From Nemertoderma westbladi (Eukaryota > Animalia > Xenacoelomorpha): a stretch of 64,000 nucleotides of DNA. The notes beneath the pieces were generated by a model. It saw only the letters and a list, made by a program, of their open reading frames with translations, was not told the DNA's origin and made no database searches. Below are positions 52,481 through 64,000 of the stretch, in pieces. The position numbers and the translations under genes are program-made. Positions within the stretch are counted from its first letter, which is position 1, and each line of letters starts with the position of its first letter. The DNA is taken from positions 38,254 to 102,253 of the forward strand of contig JAUCBJ010007104.1 of NCBI GenBank assembly GCA_032718475.1. Reading direction: 5' to 3'.

Positions 52481-53251
52481 CGTTCCGGTACCGGTACCAT
52501 ATGCATCTGAACGACTGGACGGTTAATCTCATAGCATAGCTGCATAGGCCTACCTGTAGTTAGTGCAAAGTCGCCTGCGAACATGGCGAAATATTATATA
52601 TAAGCCAGGCATAGCCTACCCTGCTACCTGATGGATAATAATAAACTGAAATGCTATGCCAGTCCAATGCAGTCAGAAGTACCAGTACTTGGTACTGCCA
52701 GTTTGCTGCTATGCCAGTATGCTAGCAGGTAGTGCATAGTGCTAAGATTGTCTACCGGTACAGATGAACTACAGGCAGACAATCAGACAATACTAGCAGT
52801 CTAGGGCCTACAGGACTGCAGTACCGGTACTGCAGTATTGGTAATTGCTAATGCTAATTAATTACCTTAATTAAATCTTCAATTAGGTCATAATGTAGGT
52901 CCAAATTTAAAAATCGGCCTCCGTTAATCGATTTAGAAATAATTCAGGTACCTCCATGCCAAATATCAGAATCATTCATTGCATTCCCTATGACAAGATA
53001 GCTTTTTCCTAAACCATGCGAAAACACGCAAATATAGCGCTCACATCGCACAAATACCATCTCGACACCCAATTTTTTGTATGAGCCTTCGCCATCCCTA
53101 TATCTAACTTTTGTCCAAATTTTATTTCGATTGATTAATAAATAACTGAGATATCGCTCTGGACACACACACACACACACACACACACTAACACACACAC
53201 ACACACACATTACGGTAATAATGGTCACTTATGTCAAAGACCGTGAACCAA
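52043..53251 (-). mobile_element. Non-autonomous Helentron/DINE-1-like element (HINE); duplicated 3' end at 51294-51731
   Basis: Asymmetric 11-bp subterminal inverted repeats GGTTCACGGTC (~52064) and GACCGTGAACC (53239-53249). Small GGC-AA-GCC hairpin at the 3' end and a (CA)n tract at 53163-53208 near the 5' end. Sits in an AA/TT site; absent from copy A (27295) and copy C (63970). Confidence 0.7.
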
Positions 53252-54073
53252 TAGTGTGTTAGTGTCAGCCGTTTAATAGTGAGACAGGGGGGGGGGGGGG
53301 GGGGGGACTGGACGTAAAACCCGTCTTGGAGAATTAATATACCGTCTCAATGTTAAATTCTCTATTTAGGGAAAGGAGCAGGTTACAGTGGCACGTTATT
53401 ATAACCAAAACAATAAACTAAACACAATAGAATAGGTTACAGTTTTATTTTTGAGAGTAATCATCTGTTATTTGCGTCCAGTCCCCCCCCCCCCCCCCCC
53501 CCCCCCCTTCCTGTTAATAGTTGCTTTTATTCAAAAATAGAAATATTTATTTCCTTCAACTGTTTTCGACTTTCACCAACGTCAATAATTAATGTACCGG
53601 TATTCCATATATCGATTACACCACTTTATAGACCGCTAAGTAAACGAGACTTTAGTAAAATAACAAAGAATTCGGTGTCATCTTCATCTTACAACTATGT
53701 ACTACAACAAACTTACAACTGGACCAACTGGACCAACTACAATTTAAATTGTTTCTTAGTTATATGTTTTTATAATATTTGATCTCTGCGATTTACAGCG
53801 AATTCTGATAGAGTGAGTTACAAAAGTCAAAAATCCTGGATGATTTCACTTGGAATTACCTTTAATTGTTAAGGATTTATTAGTTTCTAAAGTTTTTAAA
53901 TGTTTTAGCGCCGATATAAATTAAATATTCCAAAACAAGTAGAAAAAAAATATCTTATAAAGAGAAAAAGTAGTTAAGGGACTTGTAACGATTGTCGGAT
54001 AAGAATTAATTCGTCGGCTATTCGTTACAACAACAAATTACTTATAACGCAAACCCAAAACCAGAATATCATA

Positions 54074-55680
54074 AGTTATTAACCAATTAATCGGGTTTTT
54101 CCGATATTAGTACTTATTAAAAATAACTAGATTAACATAGAGTTCTATTGCTAAGTTATTCTTTCCCGGGGAATAATAACTGCTGAGTAATCATTCTGTA
54201 TCATTGTCAGATCAGTACATGCAGTAAGCTTACTAGCGGTACTAATTTGTTTAGTTTTAATTATAGTAAAATAGACATTCTAGAATATATATTGTTACAA
54301 TTGCAGTTAAGTATTTAAAAACGTAAATGATGCTAAAAAATATACCATCACCTGAATCTCCTTTGCAATATTATTTGTTTGGTTCCAGTCAATTTTGGGG
54401 CCCTTAAGTTCAGTAGTGCCGATATTTTTTATGTTAGCTAGTGTTTTTTTTTTCTAGCTAGTATATCTTGAAAAATAAATAATATTGTTTTTTTAGTGTT
54501 TTTTAATATTGGTGAATGTTCTAGAACCTTAGCAGATATTTTCAATGGTAGCTAGTAGATTACTAGCTAGTAATTTTTGAAAATAAAAAAATGTAACCTA
54601 TTACAATAAATATCATTAATATTTTTGGTCATATTTTTTGGTCAGCAACAACTGCTTAAACCTGAAATACCAATGTTATCACATATTTTTTATAATAATT
54701 TAAAACTACTAGCTAGTAAAAAAACATTACAGAGCTACCATAAAAAATATATATATATACTAATGTTTTAGAAAACAATAACAAAAGACAAAAAAATACA
54801 GTATTTTTTAAAGTTCAAATATGGTCACACAGGCTACACTAGTGCCTACCGTAGATATAATTTAACTTAGTTAAACTCTATAAAATATATATACTACAGT
54901 ATATAATCTAAGTTGAACTTAAACGTTCGTGGGGTCTTCACGCAGCACGACGTGAGCGAAGCCTTAGCATATAGGGGACCCATTAACGAGTTGTCTGTCG
55001 GTAATTTGCCTCGTTGCGTTCGTTCGTTTTCTACCAAAATTCAGATTTTTTCTAAACTTTTGCCGGACTATATACAGTACGTACCAAGTTTCGTTTAATT
55101 TAATCAAGGAATGACCGAGTTATTAGCGATCAAAAATTTACGACGACGACAGACGACGACGACAGGTAACTCGTTAATGACACCCATATATATGCTAAGG
55201 CTTCGCTCACTTCGTGGCTCGCCCCGCAAGCGAATTCTTTCTTGACAAGATGGTGGCGGTGGCGGGATGGACTGGGTGGGGGTTGATATATGGTGGTGGG
55301 ATGTTTAGATGTATTAGAGATTCAATTGGATATAATTGGACGATTTTAAAATTTTGAAGAAGGGGCTAATTGGATGTGTACACCACTTATGTTATCAATA
55401 CCGGTACTCTTTATTGCCTATTATGCATAGTACTTTAGTTGTCGAACTGGACAGGAAATGCGGGACATGAATGTCGGTGATATTCATCACCAATTCAGTT
55501 ATTTCTCCCCAGGGAATAATAACCGTCTTGAAATAAAATATAATACACATAAAGAATTACAAAATTGAAAATATATTATATTTGTACCCCCAAAATATCC
55601 AAGCCCCATTTTAATACTTCTGCCCCCAAACTAAAGCCCTTTTAGAAATGTGGGAAACCTGGTAAAATTGGTTAATAACT
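54074..55680. mobile_element. Non-coding TIR element
   Basis: Perfect 15-bp inverted ends AGTTATTAACCAATT (54074-54088) and AATTGGTTAATAACT (55666-55680). Absent from copy A at ~28110. Confidence 0.6.
54946..55216. mobile_element. Nested MITE-like element
   Basis: Inverted ends GTGAGCGAAGCCTTAGCATATA / TATATGCTAAGGCTTCGCTCAC plus CATTAACGAGTT / AACTCGTTAATG; internal (ACG)n tract. Confidence 0.6.
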
Positions 55681-55683
55681 CAC

Positions 55684-55817
55684 TTATTACCAGGTTATTT
55701 AGTTATTTTCCTCATTATTTACCCTCGGGCCAGTTATAAACCCTCGGCTTCGCCTCGGGTCTATAACATGTCCCTCGGGTAAATAACTCGTAAAATAACT
55801 AAATAACCTGGTAATAA
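55684..55817. mobile_element. 134-bp palindromic (hairpin) element
   Basis: Perfect 26-bp arms TTATTACCAGGTTATTTAGTTATTTT / AAAATAACTAAATAACCTGGTAATAA; centre CCCTCGGCTTCGCCTCGGG. Confidence 0.6.
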
Positions 55818-56069
55818 ATTATGAGATAAATAAAATAACGTGGCCATATAAATTAATAAATAGGTAATGCAAAATGAATCTCGAGTTATTTATAACGAAA
55901 AATAATTGGATCCAGGAAAAATATAACTGGAATATATTATTATAGACATGAGAAGGGGGGGGGGGGGGGGGGGGTTAGGAAGTGGAAGACTCGACCGCTG
56001 TGAGTATAAGTTCCGTCATCACCTGGGTAACGCGTTGCGCCGTCGGTATGTAGAGTCTATCAACGGCGA

Positions 56070-56422
56070 CTATCCGGCCCTCCTTGTCGGCGTACTTAAA
56101 GGTAATGAGATTGGGTTGGCGTTTCTTCGAGGTGATCTTGGCGACGTCGACGAGGGGTCTACTGCTGCGGAGTTCGGCCGCGTCGACGCGGCCGCGGTGT
56201 ACGAGTCCACCCAGACGCGGGCGTCCCGCACCGGTGACCCGCTAGGGGGCGTCTCCTCTTCCTCCTCCACCCCGATGCTGAACACGGCCCCAGTGCCGCG
56301 GTAGATCCGACTCCGACGCGCGGACGGGTCCACGTGTCGCGGCTCCGAGTCCCCGGAGGAGTCGGTTAGAACTTTCTCTGTGGGTTTCTTGAACGGCCGA
56401 CCGCGGTTCCTCTTGAGTAAAC
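56070..56422 (-). CDS. AT-hook-like exon segment, copy B
   Basis: Near-identical to 28358-28710; last residue is G instead of R, same stop. Confidence 0.35.
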
Positions 56423-57916
56423 CTGAGTAAATGAATTTAAATAATAAGTTAATTAAGAAGTCAAGCCTTCTTATAGTAAGTCTAGCTACGTAGTAATTAA
56501 TATGATTATGTACGGGATTATTATAATTAAATTACCTTTGCTTTGAATTGATTAATAGTCCTTTTGGCGTCCCAACATTTCAATATAATTCATTCGGAAC
56601 TGCCGTTGTTATGTTAATTATTGTAATGCGACGTCTCTATAATAAAGCAGATAATATTTAGGCCTACCGGTATGAATAAACAAACTATAAAAATACTGGA
56701 ATACAACACTAAACACTAAAATAATAACTTAACTAGAAAGTCAAGGTTAAACTATACCGAATGAATAGAATACCAAGCCGGTTGGTTGAAAGCCTATTAT
56801 ATTAATATGGAGACACAAGAGTATTGTTATTGACATCGCAATACAAAGTAATTATATGTCTGGAGGGAGGAATGACCCCAAGTCTTTGTATATTAGCCGA
56901 CCTACTCACCAACCGACATTCAATTAATAATAAAATGCTTCTACGGCTACGGTACTGTACAACCAATGAGTACATTGAATATTAGTTGAAGGCAATGGCT
57001 GAATAGCCGCGTAAAGTTAAACTGCAACAGAGGTGAATGAAAACCGAAAGAAATAGGCCACGGTCACTCAGGTAAGCAAGCCTGAATGATATGATATAAG
57101 TATGACAAGGGCTTGAAGTATTGGCTACCCCGCCCATAAACTATAGTAACTGTATGAGATTTCATCTTAATTCCCGCTTTGAGGTTCTGAAAGATGAGGT
57201 GATTCTCACATTTTAGCTGTTATTTAGGTGAAACAAAGCATAAGAAGAGGACGTAAATAAATACTTGATATTTTCACTTAATTAACAGCAGAAATGTGTT
57301 GGAATTGAAGTTATTAAATTTTGTAGATTACTTACTCGAGAAATGTGTCAAAGACATTTTTAAAAATCAAAGACATTTTTGTGAAAGTGATTTTTGACAA
57401 GGTGTCTAAGCCAGCCAATGGCCTTAGCTGAATTGACATTATGTTTTTTTTGCAATATCGCTCCATAGCGTAACATGGAGTAACCATAGTAATACCATGG
57501 TAAGGGCCAGTCCTTAGCATATAAATAATAATTGTCTCTAGCGGTCAACCCCCCCCGGCCGTCTCTCTCTGCTGCCTCTAGCGTCGGTAGTAAATTCATA
57601 CTGTGCCACGTGGTGGTGTATAACACTATTCCTATTGTAAGTACAATGAATGTGGTAGGGATGGATAAGGCAATAATTATTCTATGATAGGAGAAGGGAA
57701 TATTATATGTTGATGTGGGCAGGGAATAATGCGGGTGGTTGGGTTATATTGTTAAAGTAATGAAAAGTTGAAAGGTCTGTCTGTATGTTCGGTTGTTGTG
57801 GATGAAAAATGCTGAATTAAATTTCTTTCGAATGAGCATAATTTTATGTTTCCATTCATACGAAGAACTAAGAATCAGGACCAAGAATCACCTTATTGAA
57901 ATTTATTATGTTCGGT

Positions 57917-59635
57917 AATAAATATCGATATCGATATTGATTATTGGTATCGATATTGATTATTGGTATCGATATTGATTATTGTATCAATATTGGTTAT
58001 TGATATAAATATTGGTATCAATATTGGTTATTGGTATTGGTATTGGTATCGATATTGGTTATCGGTATCGGTTATTGATATAAATATTGGTATCAATATT
58101 GGTATTGATATTGATATTGGTTATCGGTATTGGTATCGATATTGGTTATTGATATTGATATCAATAATGTTATTAATATTGATTATAGGTATTGATATTG
58201 ATATTGGTTATCGGTATTGGTATTGATATTGGTTATCGGTATTGGTATCGATATTGGTTATTGGTTTCAAAATCGATATCAATATTGGTTATTGATATTG
58301 GTATATATTGGTATCGCTATTGGTTATCGGTATTGGTTATTGTTAGCAATATTGGTATCAATATTGATTATTGGTATTGATATTGATATTGGTTATCGGT
58401 ATTGGTATTGGTATCGATATTGGTTATTGATATCAATATTGATATTGGTATTGGTATCGATATTGGTTATTGATATCAATATTGTTATTGGTATTGGAAT
58501 CGATATTGATTATTGGTATTGATATTGGTAATTGATGTCAGTATTGGTATTGGTATCGATATTGGTTATTGATATTGATATTGGTTATCGGTATTGGTTA
58601 TTGATATAAATATTGGTATCAATATTGATTATTGGTATTGGTATTGGTATTGGTATTGGTATTGGTATTGGTATTGGTATTGGTATTGGTATTGGTATTG
58701 GTATTGGTATTGGTATTGGTATTGGTATTGGTATTGGTATTGGTATTGGTATTGGTATTGGTATTGGTATTGGTATTGGTATTGGTATTGGTATTGGTAT
58801 TGGTATTGGTATTGGTATTGGTATTGGTATTGGTATTGGTATTGGTATTGGTATTGGTATTGGTATTGGTATTGGTATTGGTATTGGTATTGGTATTGGT
58901 ATTGGTATTGGTATTGGTATTGGTATTGGTATTGGTATTGGTATTGGTATTGGTATTGGTATTGGTATTGGTATTGGTATTGGTATTGGTATTGGTATTG
59001 GTATTGGTATTGGTATTGGTATTGGTATTGGTATTGGTATTGGTATTGGTATTGGTATTGGTATTGGTATTGGTATTGGTATTGGTATTGGTATTGGTAT
59101 TGGTATTGGTATTGGTATTGGTATTGGTATTGGTATTGGTATTGGTATTGGTATTGGTATTGGTATTGGTATTGGTATTGGTATTGGTATTGGTATTGGT
59201 ATTGGTATTGGTATTGGTATTGGTATTGGTATTGGTATTGGTATTGGTATTGGTATTGGTATTGGTATTGGTATTGGTATTGGTATTGGTATTGGTATTG
59301 GTATTGGTATTGGTATTGGTATTGGTATTGGTATTGGTATTGGTATTGGTATTGGTATTGGTATTGGTATTGGTATTGGTATTGGTATTGGTATTGGTAT
59401 TGGTATTGGTATTGGTATTGGTATTGGTATTGGTATTGGTATTGGTATTGGTATTGGTATTGGTATTGGTATTGGTATTGGTATTGGTATTGGTATTGGT
59501 ATTGGTATTGGTATTGGTATTGGTATTGGTATTGGTATTGGTATTGGTATTGTATTGGTATTGGTATTGGTATCGGTATTGGTATTGGTATTGGTATTGG
59601 TATTGGTATTGGTATTGGTATTGGTATTGGTATTC
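57917..59635 (+). repeat. (GGTATT)n microsatellite, module 3
   Basis: Degenerate variants at 57917-58631, then ~1 kb nearly pure tract to 59635, joined to the satellite as GGTATT-CCGGACAG. Confidence 0.97.
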
Positions 59636-62600
59636 CGGACAGTATTTTGGACAACTTTGCCCGGAAATCCGGGCATTTTGCCGGATTTTTGGATGTCCGG
59701 GCATTCCAGTGCCCGGGCGTCCGGACATCCGGGCGACTTTAGAACGGACAAATAGTCGAATTTACGCCCAGATTTACAGTATTCCGGAGAGTATTTTGGA
59801 CAACTTTGCCCAGAAATCCGGGCATTTTGCCGGATTTTTGGATTTCCGGGCATTCTAACGCCCGGGCATCCGGGCGACTTTGGAATGGACAAGTTTAATG
59901 GACGCCCGGATTTACAATATTCCGGACAGTATTATGGACAACTTTGCCTGGAAATCCGGACATTTTGCCGGATTTTTGGATGTCCGGGCATTCCAGTGCC
60001 CGGGCGTCCGGACTTCCGGGCGACTTTGGAACGGACAAATAGTCGGACGGACAAGTTTAATGGATGCCCAGATTTACAGAATTCCGGGCAGTATTTTGGA
60101 CAAATTTGCCCGGAAATCCGGACATTTTGCCGGATTTTTGGATTTCCGGGCATTCCAGTGCCCGGGCGTCCGGACTTCCGGGCGACTTTGGAACGGACAA
60201 ATAGTCAGACAGACAAGTTAAATGGACGCCCGGATTTACAGATTTCCGGGCAGTATTTTGGACAAATTTGCCCGGAAATCCGGACAATTTGCCGGATTTT
60301 TCAATGTCCGGGCATTCCAGTGCCCGGGCGTCCGGAAATCCGGGCGACTTTAGAACGGACAAATAGTCGAACAGACAAGTTTAATGGACGCTCGGATTTA
60401 GGGAATTCCGGGCAGTATTTTGGACAACTTTGCCCGGAAATCCGGACATTTTGCCGGATTTTTGGATTTCCGGGCATTCCAGTTCCCGGGCGTCCGGACT
60501 TCCGGGCTAATTTGGAACGGACAAATAGTCGGACAGACAAGTTAAATGGACGCCCGGATTTACAGATTTCCGGGCAGTATTTTGTACAAATTTGCCCGGA
60601 TATCCGGACAATATGCCGGATTTTTGGATGTCCGGGCATTCCAGTGCCCGGGCGTCCGGACATCCGGGCGACTCTAGAACGGACAAATAGTCGAACAGAC
60701 AAGTTTGATGGATGCCCAGATTTACAGAATTCCGGGCAGTATTTTGGACAAATTTGCTCGGAAATCCGGACATTTTGCCGGATTTTTGGATGTCCGGGCA
60801 TTCCAGTGCCCGGGCGTCCGGAAATCCGGGCGACTTTAGAACGGACAAATAGTCGAACAGACAAGTTTAATGGACGCTCGGATTTAGGGAATTCCGGGCA
60901 GTATTTTGGACAACTTTGCCCGGAAATCCGGACAATTTGCCGGATTTTTGGATTTCCAGGCATTCTAGCGCCCACGCTTCCGGAGATCCGGGCGACTATG
61001 GAACGGTCAAATTGTCGGACAGACAAGTTTAATGAACGCCCGTATTTACAGAATTCCAGGCAGTATTTTGGACAACTTTGCCCGGAAATCCGGACATTTT
61101 GCCGGATTTTTGGATGTCCGGGCATACTAGTGCCCGGGCGTCCGGACATCCGGGCGACTTTGGAACGGGCAAATAGTCGGACGGACAAGTTTAATGGACG
61201 CCCAGATTTACTGAATTCCGAACAGTAATTTGGACAAATTTGCCCGGAAATCCGGACATATTGGGCGGATTTTTGGCTGTCCGGGCATTCTAGTGCCCGG
61301 TCGCCCGGACATCCGGGCAACTTTGGAACGGACAAATAGTCGTAAAGACAAGATTAAATGGACGCCTAGAATTACAGAATTCCGAACAGTAATTTATACA
61401 AATTTGCCCGGAAATCCGGACATTTTACCAATTTTTGGATGTCCGGGCATTCTAGTGCCCGGGCGTCCGGACATCCGGGCGACTTTGGAACGGGCAAATA
61501 GTCGGACGGACAAGATTAATGGACGCCCAGATTTACTGAATTCCGAACAGTAATTTGGACAAATTTGCCCGGAAATTCGGACATTTTGACCGGATTTTTG
61601 GATGTCCGGGCATTCTAGTGCCCGGGTGTCCGGACATCCGCGCGAATTTGGAACGGACAAATGGTCGGACAGACAAGATTAATGGACGCCCAGATTTACT
61701 GAATTCCGAACAGTAATTTGGACAGATTTGCCCGGAAATCCGGACATTTTTCCGGATTTTTGGATGTCCGGGCATTCTAGTGCCCGGGCGTCCGGACATC
61801 CGGGCGAATTTGGAACGGACAAATGTTCGGACAGACAAGATTAATGGACGCCCAGATTTACTGAATTCCGAACAATAATTTGGACAAATTTGCCCGGAAA
61901 TCCGGACATTTTCCCTTATTTTTGGATGTCCGGGCATTCTAGTGCATTTATTCCGGGCATTTTGCCGGATTTTTGGATGTCCGAGCATTCTAGTGCCCGG
62001 GACTCCGGACATCCGGGCGACTTTGGAACGGACAAATAGGCGGACAGACAAGTTTAATGGACGCCCAGATTTACAGAATTCCGAACAGTATTTTGGACAA
62101 ATTTGCCCGGAAATCCGGACATTTTGCCGGATTTTTGGATGTCCGGGCATTCCAGTGCCCGGGCGTCCGGACATCCGGGCGACTTTGGAACAGGACAAAT
62201 AGTCGAATTTACGCCCAGATTTACAGTATTCCGGAGAGTATTTTGGACAACTTTGCCCGGAAATCCGGGCATTTTGGCCGGATTTTTGGATTTCCGGGCA
62301 TTCTAACGCCCGGGCATCCGGGCGACTTGGGAATGGCACAAGTTTAATGGACGCCCGGATTTACAGAAATTCCGGACAGTATTATGGACAACTTTGCCTG
62401 GAAATCCGACATTTTGGCCGGATTTTTGGATGTCCGGGCATTCCAGTGCCCGGGCGTCCGGACTTCCGGGCGACTTTGGAACGGACAAATAGTCGGACGG
62501 ACAAGTTTAATGGATGCCCAGATTTACAGAATTCCGGGCAGTATTTTGGACAAATTTGCCCGGAAATCCGGACATTTTGCCGGATTTTTGGATTTCCGGG

Positions 62601-63568
62601 CATTCCAGTGCCCGGGCGTCCGGACTTCCGGGCGACTTTGGAACGGACAAATAGTCAGACAGACAAGTTAAATGGACGCCCGGATTTACAGATTTCCGGG
62701 CAGTATTTTGGACAAATTTGCCCGGAAATCCGGACAATTTGCCGGATTTTTCAATGTCCGGGCATTCCAGTGCCCGGGCGTCCGGAAATCCGGGCGACTT
62801 TAGAACGGACAAATAGTCAAACAGACAAGTTTAATGGACGCTCGGATTTAGGGAATTCCGGGCAGTATTTTGGACAACTTTGCCCGGAAATCCGGACATT
62901 TTGCCGGATTTTTGGATTTCCGGGCATTCCAGTTCCCGGGCGTCCGGACTTCCGGGCGAATTTGGAACGGACAAATAGTCGGACAGACAAGTTAAATGGA
63001 CGCCCGGATTTACAGATTTCCGGGCAGTATTTTGTACAAATTTGCCCGGATATCCGGACAATATGCCGGATTTTTGGATGTCCGGGCATTCCAGTGCCCG
63101 GGCGTCCGGACATCCGGGCGACTCTAGAACGGACAAATAGTCGAACAGACAAGTTTAATGGATGCCCAGATTTACAGAATTCCGGGCAGTATTTTGGACA
63201 AATTTGCTCGGAAATCCGGACATTTTGCCGGATTTTTGGATGTCCGGGCATTCCAGTGCCCGGGCGTCCGGAAATCCGGGCGACTTTAGAACGGACAAAT
63301 AGTCGAACAGACAAGTTTAATGGACGCTCGGATTTATGGAATTCCGGGCAGTATTTTGGACAACTTTGCCCGGAAATCCGGACAATTTGCCGGATTTTTG
63401 GATTTCCAGGCATTCTAGCGCCCGCGCTTCCGGAGATCCGGGCGACTATGGAACGGTCAAATTGTCGGACAGACAAGTTTAATGAACGCCCGTATTTACA
63501 GAATTCCAGGCAGTATTTTGGACAACTTTGCCCGGAAATCCGGACATTTTGCCGGATTTTTGGATGTC
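59635..63568. repeat. Satellite array 3 (~162-bp monomer, 2450-bp internal duplication)
   Basis: Period 162 (60031 to 60193). Blocks recur at offset 2450 (59932/62382, 60057/62507). Confidence 0.95.
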
Positions 63569-63569
63569 G

Positions 63570-64000
63570 ATATTTGGTTGAGATACAAAAATTGTATAAA
63601 ACATGTATAAAACATGTAAAAACATATTTTGTTGGTAAACAAACGTACTGGACGCAAATCTGCAAATGTTATCCAGAAGTTTTTACATGAAAAGTAAATA
63701 ACTTTATATTAATATATTATATTATATAATAATACAACGATATTACATGAAAGCGCCACTTATACAATGAATAGTAAATTGTATTACAATGTGATCAACT
63801 AACAATAAATAAATCCCAAACTAAATTAACTAATAATATATAACAAAGGACAATAAAAATAGCGCTGGAACCGCTTTGCTAGTTGCTCTACTAACTAAAA
63901 ATTTAACAGAATCAATTAAATAACCTTCGGCATGGTAAGATAGGAATGGTGTCAGTGAAAAACAATAAAATAGTGTGTTAGTATCAGCCCTTTAATAGTG
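63570..64000. repeat. Segmental duplication unit, copy C (truncated by window end)
   Basis: Matches 26901-27325, including the empty HINE site TAAAATAGTGTGTTAG. Confidence 0.9.

Larger units (their letters stand above)
49875..57900. repeat. Segmental duplication unit, copy B
   Basis: Colinear with 25090-30150 but lacks ~25426-26207. Carries extra sequence at 51296-53250 and ~54074-55822. Confidence 0.92.

Noticed and set aside
58585-59892. Long poly-IG/VL/YW/TN ORFs (also 30153-31595)
   Set aside because: Translations of the stop-free (GGTATT)n hexamer.
59885-63690. 447-aa ORFs in the satellite
   Set aside because: A 162-bp monomer is 54 codons, so frames stay open by chance; the 154- and 170-bp arrays break the frame.

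Overview
Eukaryotic, almost certainly invertebrate animal genomic DNA: AT-rich non-coding sequence, GC-rich exons and GT-AG introns. The left 20 kb holds a degenerate tRNA-SINE, a 63-bp minisatellite (~58 copies) and two intron-poor housekeeping genes on the minus strand, COG4 (2 exons, ~734 aa) and INPP4 (4 exons, ~1177 aa). The 3' splice site of INPP4 intron 2 is tandemly repeated 9 times, and only the last copy avoids a premature stop. From 20.6 kb to the window end is a macro-tandem array of at least 3 modules, each [(GGTATT)n -> CpG-rich 154/162/170-bp satellite -> several kb of unique-looking DNA with an AT-hook exon]. Module 2 carries a young, intact 15.1-kb BEL/Pao LTR retrotransposon (1430-bp LTRs with TA...CA ends, ACTTT TSD, 2878-aa polyprotein, twin polypurine tracts bracketing a 2.78-kb extra segment). 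It also carries a Helentron/DINE-like element and nested palindromic MITEs. All assignments come from reading the sequence and recalling family motifs; no database searches were run.
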